Assembly: GCA_000990585.1 (NCBI GenBank)
Contig: LBQD01000002.1
Span: 120,016-184,015, forward strand
DNA from: Candidatus Moranbacteria bacterium GW2011_GWE2_35_2-
Lineage (GTDB): Bacteria > Patescibacteriota > Minisyncoccia > Moranbacterales > UBA9337
Direction of reading: 5' to 3'
DNA length: 64,000 nucleotides
Part shown: one piece after another, positions 31,641-40,135 of the stretch
Numbering within the stretch: position 1 is the stretch's first letter
How the letters are laid out: the number at the start of each line of letters is the position of its first letter
Position numbers and translations under genes: made by a program
Notes under the pieces: model-generated
Told to the model about the DNA's origin: nothing
Seen by the model: the letters and a program-made list of their open reading frames with translations, nothing else
The model's database searches: none

Positions 31641-32596
31641 TTTTTCCTTAAAAAAGAAATTAATTTTTCAAGTTGCTCTTCATTTTGTATAAATATTTCA
31701 AATCTTTCTTTCCCCAAGCTTCCTTTTGGCTTGCCGTTTTTTTCTTTTAAATATTTTTCATTAAAACGATCGTCAAAAACCAATGACGGTATATTTGTAA
31801 TATCAAAGTCGGTATTAATTTGCAAAAATGCCTTCCATTTTCCACTACCGTTATTTGGTATTATAGAAAAAGATGTATTTTTAATTTTAAGTGATATATT
31901 GGTTTGATTAATTTTTAAATCTACAACTCCAAAACCATTTAAGAAATTAAAAAAATTATCGAAAAATAGTTTAGATTTTTCTTTTTTATAAAAAAACATT
32001 GTTATTTCCGATAATTCATCCTTGCCATTAATTATTTTCTTAATCTTTTTAATTTTTTCAGTATTGCGATTATCTTCATCATCAGGATCATTGTTTATAT
32101 AATCAACTAAAAATAAATCATTTTCAAACCAAAAATATTTTATAAGCGTAATATTATTTCGTTTTTTTGCGTTGGTAATGTGTATTTGAGTAAATTTTTG
32201 AGCAATAAAAATAATTTCTATTTGATCTTTTGAAATTTTATTATAACCCGGCAAAATTACCCCATATTTTTGAGTTGTTTCTAGATAAATTTCAGCAAAA
32301 TTATCTTCTATAAAATCTTTGTAATCACTTGCTTGTTGTGAAATATTTCTATCAAAATTCTTTTTTAATTCAAAAATAACAAATCTTTTCGTTTTTGGAT
32401 TAAAAGCAAAAATATCAATCCTACCAGAAGTTCCATTGTTTCTGACATTTCCAGACAAACGAAATTCATTTTTAATAAATTCGAAATTAGGAAAAAAATA
32501 TTTCCAATGATTTGTTAAAAAATTATTGAGTTCCGTTTCAGTTTTTTGAACCTGATTTAATATTTTTTTGTCGTTTATTGAAAAAAGTTTGGGCAT
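31631..32596 (-). CDS. NucS/DUF91-like PD-(D/E)xK nuclease domain protein
   Basis: E.EL..F, GRIDIFAF...VIFELKK...SQQA.DY; likely start MPKLF. Confidence 0.65.
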   Translation of the reverse strand: MPKLFSINDKKILNQVQKTETELNNFLTNHWKYFFPNFEFIKNEFRLSGNVRNNGTSGRIDIFAFNPKTKRFVIFELKKNFDRNISQQASDYKDFIEDNFAEIYLETTQKYGVILPGYNKISKDQIEIIFIAQKFTQIHITNAKKRNNITLIKYFWFENDLFLVDYINNDPDDEDNRNTEKIKKIKKIINGKDELSEITMFFYKKEKSKLFFDNFFNFLNGFGVVDLKINQTNISLKIKNTSFSIIPNNGSGKWKAFLQINTDFDITNIPSLVFDDRFNEKYLKEKNGKPKGSLGKERFEIFIQNEEQLEKLISFLRKKII

Positions 32597-32600
32597 ATTT

Positions 32601-32774
32601 TTATTTTTTAAAATTAATTGCAAAGATATTCATAAATTCTTGACCTATTTCACGCATTTCTTCCAAATCATCAATATTCCAAATAGTTTCTTCGTCTCCA
32701 TAAATTTCGCAAAAATTATCATAAAGTTTTGACATTTCCTGAAATTTTTTCCCTGATATTTTTATTGTTTCCAT
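32601..32774 (-). CDS. Small acidic hypothetical protein (57 aa)
   Basis: METIKISG... ORF ending 4 nt upstream of the next gene's likely start. Confidence 0.5.
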   Translation of the reverse strand: METIKISGKKFQEMSKLYDNFCEIYGDEETIWNIDDLEEMREIGQEFMNIFAINFKK

Positions 32775-32790
32775 ATTTAATAAAATAATA

Positions 32791-33258
32791 TTATTTATTA
32801 TACAAATCAATAGATCCACTTGATGCTGTAATATAATTTTTTTGCAATTGTTCTTTTCTACCGTTTAAATTCTGTATGCGAACATAAGGAGGATTTCCGA
32901 TTATAAAGTCAAAATTTTTATTAAACTTATGGAAGCAAAAATCATCAGGGATTGCGTTATATTTTTTAATTTTTGTTTTTGACAATTTCTGCAAATTTTG
33001 TTTTGTTTTTTCTGTGTACTCTTTCGATATATCGGCAAAATAAATATTATCTTCAATTACTTTTTCTATTTTTTTCCCTGATAACTTTGAAAATTTTTGA
33101 GCTGCAATGGTCGTAAATACCCCTTCGCCACAACCAGCGTCTAATATTCTTTCATTTCCGCTGAATTTATGATTACTAAATACTTCTTCAATCATAAAAT
33201 CAGCCACCCATTCAGGGGTAAAAACAATTCCATTTTCTTTTTTGATAGTCATATTCAT
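32791..33258 (-). pseudogene. Truncated N6-adenine DNA methyltransferase (TaqI/Eco57I-like gamma class)
   Basis: GIVFTP, ILDAGCGEGVF, IIGNPPYVR, stops just after DLY. Confidence 0.8.
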
Positions 33259-33413
33259 ATCTGCCTGTATTATAACGTATTTTGGAATAAAATAAAAACC
33301 GTCTTTTCTGCAATTACATGAGCAAAAAAACACTTTATTCCTTTCTATAATTAATGAAAAAGAAATTTTAAAATTTTTTAAAACAATTGGGCGATAGCCC
33401 AAAAAAGAAAAGG

Positions 33414-33530
33414 AATATTTCAGCTAACGTATCGCAATATCTGACGTTTCGTCACCACTTTTAAATTATAACATAGAGTGACGAAATGTGGCTTTAGCCC
33501 TTGCAGATATTGCGTGTTAGCTGATGTATT
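33414..33530 (-). repeat. attC-like hairpin 1
   Basis: AATA TT TCAGCTAAC GTAT CGCAATATCTG ... CAGATATTGCG T GTTAGCTGA TG TATT; inner TTTCGTCAC/GTGACGAAA. Confidence 0.85.
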
Positions 33531-33622
33531 AAAAAATTCTTTTCGGCTTTTGCCTTTAGGCAAAAGATTTAATCGGGGCAAATTTATTTTTATTTCTTAC
33601 TAAAATAATTGTATAAATATTG

Positions 33623-34309
33623 TTAATTGCTCTGGTACTCTGGTAATCCTGTTTTTTTCAGGCATTCATTTTGCAAATTTATACTTAATTTCGAACATTT
33701 TGACGAACATTTCACCCAGGCTTCATTATAATCATTAATCATTTTTTCAGTACGTTCAGATGGAAATGGTAGTGTTGAAAGACTCTTTTCACAATCTTCA
33801 AGACAATTAGTCGCTTCAATTGGTTCTTTATTACACTTTTCAATAGCATCGTTGTTTGCTCTTAGCAATGGTGCGTTTTGCCACCCGCGAACAGTAGCAA
33901 AAGCAAAGCTGGAAATATCAAAAATAATTATAACCGATAAAAATAATATAAAGTATTTTTTCCAATTTTTCGTATTGATATAACGCCCAATAAAAAAAGC
34001 AGGAATCAAAAATGTTATCGCCATTGCCAAGCTTACTATTAAGGTTCCAAACATGTTAAATGTGGGAAAACCAAAATAGTCAGTTGTAGCATATCCAATC
34101 GGTAAAAAACTGAAAAACTTGCCATATACCATATAAAGCAGAAAAGAAAATGGGGAGAATAAGGTATCAAATATGTAAAACGGAGAGTTCAACCAGATAT
34201 CATTAGGGTTTAGTAGCCATGACTCAAAAAGTTCCTTGGTACCACTAAAAATAATCCAAATAAACAATAAAGATTGTGTTGTTGATAATTTCAGTTTTTT
34301 TTTATTCAT
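33623..34309 (-). CDS. Cassette membrane protein with Cys-rich C-terminal domain
   Basis: ~4 TM segments, six Cys in C-terminal part; enclosed by inverted repeats. Confidence 0.75.
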   Translation of the reverse strand: MNKKKLKLSTTQSLLFIWIIFSGTKELFESWLLNPNDIWLNSPFYIFDTLFSPFSFLLYMVYGKFFSFLPIGYATTDYFGFPTFNMFGTLIVSLAMAITFLIPAFFIGRYINTKNWKKYFILFLSVIIIFDISSFAFATVRGWQNAPLLRANNDAIEKCNKEPIEATNCLEDCEKSLSTLPFPSERTEKMINDYNEAWVKCSSKCSKLSINLQNECLKKTGLPEYQSN

Positions 34310-34371
34310 GTTTTTAAAATAAAAATAAATTTGCCCCGATTAAATGCCCGAAGGGTCGAAAAGAATTTTTT

Positions 34372-34566
34372 AATATTTCAGACAACGTTTCGGCACATGC
34401 GAAGTTGCGCCGTGGATTATTGATTAACTTTTAATATTCACTTGCCTCTATTATATAACTAAACTTGCCATTTCGTCAGCGCAATTTGGGAGAGGAAATT
34501 TTGCACTCCCTGGAATATATTTACGCAAAATTTCTGAACCGCATGTGCCGTGTTGTCTGATGTATT
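34372..34566 (-). repeat. attC-like hairpin 2
   Basis: AATA TT TCAGACAAC GTTT CGGCACATGCG ... CGCATGTGCCG T GTTGTCTGA TG TATT; two inner arms. Confidence 0.85.
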
Positions 34567-34674
34567 TTTTCATCTTCTACCTTAATTGCACAAACTTTAC
34601 TTTGCGCAAAGAAAATTTGATTTTTTAAATTAAAAGTTTTTGTTTTGCCTTTAGGCAAAACAGATTATTTGGGG

Positions 34675-35817
34675 CTATTTTTTATTTTTTACAAAAATTT
34701 GTCCTCTGCCTATCCACTCAATCAATTCATTGGCTTGAGAATCAATGTTTGAAAGAAGCTCTGGATAACAGGGTTGTAATTCAGCATTAAAAATCAGCAA
34801 ATCCTTTAATCCGTGTGCGTAGTCAAATCCTATCTTTTCGCAATTCTGTAAAAATTTTCTTCTGAAAGGTATCAGTTTTTCTTTTCGTGAATCAGATACA
34901 ACCGAAAAAGTTTTCATATCCGCTACAATTCTATGAAAAACTCGCAATAATTCCATTGTAACTCGACAAAGCTGGACGTCCGAGCTACCAGTAATTTCTG
35001 AAAATTTTGTAATCAGTGGCATGATGTGATCGGCTTCATAGGCCTTGTCTGAGTTGTTTACCAACATTAACAGCCTTTCTAAACCTACAACTGAAAATGA
35101 CCAAAAATTTTCCCAGCGAACCAAATCAACAACTGTGTCATTCTCGTAAATAGGTCTCCATAACAAATTTTCGATTGAAGCGATATCCAACGGCTCACTC
35201 AGGTTGTCAGTTTTATACAAAATTTCATTCCTATATCCCCACGCAACTGGCGGGGTAAAGTTTAGAGCTAGTAGAGTTGTCCTCGTTTTGTCCGGTATAA
35301 ATTGCTCTTCATTGATTCCAAATTCTTTTGCAATCCCAATGAATGGGTCAGCCTCGATATTTTTATCAAACTTATATTTTCCAGCGGTTATTTCTTCAGC
35401 TTTTCCGCCCGATAAATATGAAATAACGAAGCGTTTTGGCTCTAGCCCCAACTCATTTATCAAAAACTCGAAAATTTTTCTGATAGTAAAATCGGCGATG
35501 TCTTTGCGTTGCTCATCTGCAATATCTTTTCCACCAATAAAGCCCGACACATCAGCCATATCAAAAAGCAAAAGATGAGTATCATCCATGGCATCATTGA
35601 AGTCATTAACTCTTATGACTTGCTGAATTGTTGAAAAGTTGTAGGCCTCAGAATTGTCTAGATAATTACCGAATTTTTCAAGAAATGGTCCTTCGCCAAA
35701 ACTTATGTTGAAATTTCCAGGAAATCCCTTGTTCACGATTAAAGAATGAGGAATTTTTTGAGTTCCCTGAAATTTAGAAAAATTTTCAATTTTATTCCTT
35801 AACTCTAAATATTTCAT
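34675..35817 (-). CDS. Stand-alone alanyl-tRNA synthetase catalytic-domain-like protein
   Basis: STIQQVIRVND (motif 2-like), THLLLFDM, VGLERLLM (motif 3); no editing domain. Confidence 0.65.
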   Translation of the reverse strand: MKYLELRNKIENFSKFQGTQKIPHSLIVNKGFPGNFNISFGEGPFLEKFGNYLDNSEAYNFSTIQQVIRVNDFNDAMDDTHLLLFDMADVSGFIGGKDIADEQRKDIADFTIRKIFEFLINELGLEPKRFVISYLSGGKAEEITAGKYKFDKNIEADPFIGIAKEFGINEEQFIPDKTRTTLLALNFTPPVAWGYRNEILYKTDNLSEPLDIASIENLLWRPIYENDTVVDLVRWENFWSFSVVGLERLLMLVNNSDKAYEADHIMPLITKFSEITGSSDVQLCRVTMELLRVFHRIVADMKTFSVVSDSRKEKLIPFRRKFLQNCEKIGFDYAHGLKDLLIFNAELQPCYPELLSNIDSQANELIEWIGRGQIFVKNKK

Positions 35818-36131
35818 AAAAAAAATAAAAAATAGCCCCCAAATAATCCCGCCGTAGGCGGAAAAACTTTTAATTTAAAAAATCAAATTTTCGTCTTTAT
35901 TCATTGCACAGAATCTGAAATTACCACCAAAGATGAAAAAATATTTCAGACAACGTTTCCGAATATCTGAAGTTGCGCCCATATTTGTTGGCTAAAACTT
36001 CAAACATTCACCTATTTTGATTATATCACCAAATCTTACTTTATCATAGCGCAATTTGGGTGGAGCAAAAGAAAAATATAGAATAATTCTCCTTATTATT
36101 AGTGCCCTTTTGAAATTTTTTTGGCGTGGTC

Positions 36132-36160
36132 TTGACAGGCTGACTATTTTCTGCTATACT
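36132..36160 (+). promoter_or_regulatory. Promoter of embedded 75-aa gene
   Basis: TTGACA-17-TATACT with TG extension; AAGGAG RBS at 36208. Confidence 0.75.
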
Positions 36161-36219
36161 ATTTTGAACACTAATTTTGGTGTCAAATTGTACCTACACA
36201 ATAAACAAAGGAGACTGAA

Positions 36220-36447
36220 ATGAGTTCAGAAAACTTACTTCTAGCGATGGTTTGGGTGCTTTCTGGCTTGTTTGTTGCATTCATAATGCACAAGGCTGAC
36301 GAAAGTAAGAGCGAAAATTACAAAGGAAATTATTGGCTTAAAAACAGCCGTCATCTAGAAATCATCGTTTTTAATATCGTTCTTCTCGCGCCACTCGCTC
36401 TTATTTTTGGCATAGCCGCAATGATGGACTATGTCAAAAAAGAGTAG
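36220..36447 (+). CDS. Small two-TM membrane protein
   Basis: 75-aa ORF with promoter, RBS and terminator (36474-36510). Confidence 0.75.
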   Translation: MSSENLLLAMVWVLSGLFVAFIMHKADESKSENYKGNYWLKNSRHLEIIVFNIVLLAPLALIFGIAAMMDYVKKE

Positions 36448-36724
36448 GCTATAACAGAGCTCTGTTCGCACACAAGCCACCCCGGGACTCTTTCTCGAGG
36501 TGGTTTTTTTCTTTTCTAAAAAATTTCAAAAGGGCACAATTTAAATAAAAAATTATTCTATATTTTTCTTTTGCGTAACCAGATACACAGTGTGAGTTGA
36601 TGTATTCCTTTTATTTTTTCCGAATGCTGTCGGAATTGTTTTTAAAAATTTTAAAATTTCTTTTTCCGTTTTGGATTTTGGGCAGAGGGAAATTAAAGGG
36701 GTGAATGCCCGAAGCCCAAAACTC

Positions 36725-37708
36725 CTATTTCTTTTTGCATGTCAAAAAATTATCTAATGCTTCAAACGAATTAAATATATTTGAAGGTGATAATTCTAAA
36801 ATAATAGCAATCAGTTGCTCTGTTAATCTGATAAACATTTCCATTTCTTTATAGTCAATCTGCTCCGTCTTTTTGCCAAAATGAATTAGGCGATTTCTTG
36901 TTTTATTGATCCTCTGAATATTTTTTCTGGAAGTATCATCAATATTTTTTAAAAAATATTCGTTTAAGATAAAAGCGATTTTTTTATCGCCACTCATTTG
37001 TTCAATTGCTGTATTATCAAGCCATTTGCGATTTTTAATCGCAAAAATATGTTCCCAAATTGTCCAACAAGAAATAAATGCTGTTTCAATTATCTGTCTT
37101 TGCATAGCGGATTTGAATAAAAATAAAAAATATCCACCCTCGTATTCATTTTGCCATTTCTCACTTGAAATAAGATTGAGAACCTTGTTTATAGTATTCT
37201 CAAAACCTACATTGATTTGGTGATAATCAAAAACTGGTATGTCCTTCATTTCTATTTCAGTTTTTAATTTTCCAGTATTTATATTTTTCCACCTTGATTC
37301 GTATTGTATTGAACATCCTAGCTGACCACCATATTGATGTATTCTGTGATCGCTTATTATCGCGATATTTTCGCTATCCTCCCAGTCCTTTTTAAACACA
37401 TTTCTATCGGTAAATATGGTAAGTAAAAATAAAATATCATCAAGTTGTGTTAGCTTGTCATCACCGAATGGCAATACACATTTTTTCTCATTTTCTGGTA
37501 TGCCTACTTCTGCTGTTATTTGGTGTGAGCCAACTTTAATTGTTGTATTGAATTCGCTACCAAATGAATTTACCAAACACATCATGCCATCAAAAGCATC
37601 TTTATAATTTTTTATTCTTTTAAAAATATAGTCTCCTATTTTCAGTTCTTCTATGTATGGCTCAAATTCTAAATTGAAAATTTGCAGTATTTTATTTTTT
37701 TGTTCCAT
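36725..37708 (-). CDS. Putative defence protein with C-terminal HEPN-like domain
   Basis: W...E helix and RNRLIH (Rx4H) motif near C-terminus; 3 nt downstream of the MTase stop. Confidence 0.55.
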   Translation of the reverse strand: MEQKNKILQIFNLEFEPYIEELKIGDYIFKRIKNYKDAFDGMMCLVNSFGSEFNTTIKVGSHQITAEVGIPENEKKCVLPFGDDKLTQLDDILFLLTIFTDRNVFKKDWEDSENIAIISDHRIHQYGGQLGCSIQYESRWKNINTGKLKTEIEMKDIPVFDYHQINVGFENTINKVLNLISSEKWQNEYEGGYFLFLFKSAMQRQIIETAFISCWTIWEHIFAIKNRKWLDNTAIEQMSGDKKIAFILNEYFLKNIDDTSRKNIQRINKTRNRLIHFGKKTEQIDYKEMEMFIRLTEQLIAIILELSPSNIFNSFEALDNFLTCKKK

Positions 37709-37711
37709 AAT

Positions 37712-38689
37712 TTATTTTAAATCAGCCATTATTTTTTTTGCTAAATGGTGAGCAAAATTTACAGCAACAGCATTCCCAATCATTTTATATCCGTCAGCGA
37801 TATCACGATATTTGAAAATAAAATCATCAGGGAATGTTTGAATTCTTGCACATTCACGAACAGACAAACGACGATATAAATGTTCTTTTCCGGGAACAAA
37901 AATTCTTTTGTTTTGTTCAATGAATTTCATTTTTGGGGCTTGTGGATGAAGTGGAGCATGACGACCTCCTGCTTGAATTGTGAAAGAGGGTTCATCCCAT
38001 GAGCGAACGCGATTTCGCGACATATAAATTGAAGAAAAACCGCCATTCATATATTCGTGATTTGGGATTTTCAATACATCGCCATTTGTTTTATTTTTAT
38101 CTAAAGCAGGTTTTGCTAAACGTAAATCATAAATAGCGTCTTTCAATACAGGTTTATATTTTTGCGGTTCTGGAAATTCAAATTTTTTCTTTAGTTTTTT
38201 ATTATATCCCACAATAATGACACGTAATCTATCTTCAGGAACATCATAATCATTTGCATTCAATAATTTGCAAGAAATTTCATATCCAGCATTCTCAAAT
38301 TCTTTTATTATATTTGAAAAAGCCTCTTTGTGTTTAGGATGAAGAATACCCGATACATTTTCTGCAAGAAAAAATTTTGGCTGTTTTTCTTTTAATAAAC
38401 GGATATAATCATAAAATAATTTTCCTCGCTTGTCATTTATTCCACGCCCAGCTCCAGCCTCACTCCAACTTTGACAAGGTGGTCCGCCAATAATTCCGTC
38501 AACATCAGGAATTTCAGAAGCGGGAACATCAACAATACTTCTTTTATCAAGTTTTGTTTTTGGAAAATTGTGTTCAAAAGTTTCCCAAATAGTTGGGTCA
38601 TATTCATTTGCCCAGATGACATGAAAACCAGCTTTTTCAAAGCCTAGATCAAGTCCTCCTGCACCTGTAAACAATGAAGCTATTTTCAT
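37712..38689 (-). CDS. DNA cytosine-5 methyltransferase, M.HaeIII-like (GGCC predicted)
   Basis: [36 protein letters not shown]-type [11 protein letters not shown]. Confidence 0.92.
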   Translation of the reverse strand: MKIASLFTGAGGLDLGFEKAGFHVIWANEYDPTIWETFEHNFPKTKLDKRSIVDVPASEIPDVDGIIGGPPCQSWSEAGAGRGINDKRGKLFYDYIRLLKEKQPKFFLAENVSGILHPKHKEAFSNIIKEFENAGYEISCKLLNANDYDVPEDRLRVIIVGYNKKLKKKFEFPEPQKYKPVLKDAIYDLRLAKPALDKNKTNGDVLKIPNHEYMNGGFSSIYMSRNRVRSWDEPSFTIQAGGRHAPLHPQAPKMKFIEQNKRIFVPGKEHLYRRLSVRECARIQTFPDDFIFKYRDIADGYKMIGNAVAVNFAHHLAKKIMADLK

Positions 38690-38691
38690 AA

Positions 38692-39672
38692 TTATTCGTG
38701 ACTAATATTTAGTGTGTTTTTAAATAATTTTTTCGGTGATTTCAAAAGATTTATATCAAATTTCAAAGACGATTCAACTCTAGAACTTGCATTATGAATA
38801 CGAAAAGAAAGAGTCCAATCATTATTCATGGTTACTATTGCTGTTGTTTGACTATCGGTTTTGAAACAAATATCAACAATTTCTGTTGGCAATGGAACTT
38901 TTGGTGTTTTGTATTTTGGAAGAATGTCGTCAAAAGGTAAATTTAATGTTCCATTCAAATTGTAAGCGTGTATTTCTACACTATTTTTGCCCTTAATAAC
39001 TTTGTAAAAATCTTTATTTCCAACAAGGTATGCGACTAGATTAGACGCTACTTTTTTAAAATCTTTTTTGTATAGATTTTTTAGTTCTTTAATAAAGGCT
39101 TTTAAAATTGGAATATAGATTGATGAATGATAATCACCAAGCTCACTCCATTTTTTCTTTGCACCGCTTTCTTTTCTAATTTTTTCTAAATTAGAAAAAA
39201 TAGGTTTTACTGTGTCAAAATATTCTTTTGATGTTTTTATTCCAAGCCACTTTTCACCAAAATCAATATTCGAAGATAGTCGGGAGTGCTTTACTGCATG
39301 ATGATTGTTTTTGGCTGATACTCCAATTTCCCATTTTTGCAATAAACGAATTGCTAAAACATCTCTAACATCGCCTGATTTTCCATGTTGATCTGATAAA
39401 ATTTCAAGTTGCAGAATATCGTCTTTGCCAATATCGTTTGTGAGACGTGGCTCTATATCCATTAAAAAATTAACTGCAAAACTAGCAGTGAGTAGATAAT
39501 CGCTCTTTTCTGTTTCGCTCACATTCTCAAAACAGCCTTTTGCAATTTCAAAAGAAGAATTTTTGATAACTTCAAGATTTGTTTTGTCTTTCAATTTTTC
39601 TTCAAATTGAACAAGCAAAGCATACTCAAAAGATTTTCCAGTTGTCATTTGTCTTGATGCAGTAGTTGTCAT
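38692..39672 (-). CDS. HaeIII-family type II restriction endonuclease
   Basis: [38 protein letters not shown]. Confidence 0.85.
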   Translation of the reverse strand: MTTTASRQMTTGKSFEYALLVQFEEKLKDKTNLEVIKNSSFEIAKGCFENVSETEKSDYLLTASFAVNFLMDIEPRLTNDIGKDDILQLEILSDQHGKSGDVRDVLAIRLLQKWEIGVSAKNNHHAVKHSRLSSNIDFGEKWLGIKTSKEYFDTVKPIFSNLEKIRKESGAKKKWSELGDYHSSIYIPILKAFIKELKNLYKKDFKKVASNLVAYLVGNKDFYKVIKGKNSVEIHAYNLNGTLNLPFDDILPKYKTPKVPLPTEIVDICFKTDSQTTAIVTMNNDWTLSFRIHNASSRVESSLKFDINLLKSPKKLFKNTLNISHE

Positions 39673-39810
39673 ATTTTTATTATTACATTTTTCCTCTTAA
39701 AAATAAATCGTTTTCGTAACGGAGTGGAGAAAACACCTTATACCCCTCTTTAATTAATGAAAAAGAAATTTGAAAATTTTTTAAAACAATTGGGCAACAG
39801 CCGTGAATCC

Positions 39811-39917
39811 GCTGATATGAGAAGTTCCGCGTAAATGAGTCCCCCTTCGCAAATCCGCGCACGATATGAAAAATGGAGCGAAGCGGAATTTTTTATATCT
39901 CGTTATTATGCGAAACT
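39811..39917 (-). repeat. Degenerate fourth attC-like site / array end
   Basis: GATATGAGAAGTTCCGC...GCGGAATTTTTTATATC stem resembling ATATCTGAAGTTGCGC of site 3, ends TTATGCGAAACT. Confidence 0.5.
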
Positions 39918-40135
39918 TTAGTTTGTTTTGCGTGTTTTTTGTTTATGTAAAAAGTATAGCATATATTCATTTTCGTGTAATCTGGCGGATATTTTCATAC
40001 TTTTCGGCGTCGTGATGTTGGTTTTTGGTTTTGCGGGAAATAAAAAAGAAAAGGTGGTATAATAAGTGAAGTAAAAAGTTAAATACATGGCGCATAATAG
40101 AAATTTGATGTTTTTTGTTATGTGTTTCATGCATA

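Larger units (their letters stand above)
35940..36606 (-). repeat. attC-like hairpin 3 (right arm degenerate, contains an embedded gene)
   Basis: AATATTTCAGACAACGTTTCCGAATATCTGAAGTTGCGC...GCGCAATTTGGG...CCAGATACACAGTGTGAGTTGATGTATT. Confidence 0.75.
30980..39920 (-). mobile_element. Integron-like gene-cassette array lacking an integrase (CALIN-like)
   Basis: Co-oriented accessory genes separated by related attC-like hairpins, between lspA and comM. Confidence 0.75.

Noticed and set aside
33259-33402. N-terminal extension of the MTase ORF in the track
   Set aside because: It runs through the cassette flank repeat; the real start is ATG 33258 or 33252.
30980-39920. Integrase, transposase or prophage genes in the island
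   Set aside because: No ORF shows tyrosine or serine recombinase, DDE, HUH or phage structural motifs.
39890-39920. Calling this the chromosomal dif site
   Set aside because: Only a XerC-like arm is present, and there is no obvious gene-orientation switch across the window.
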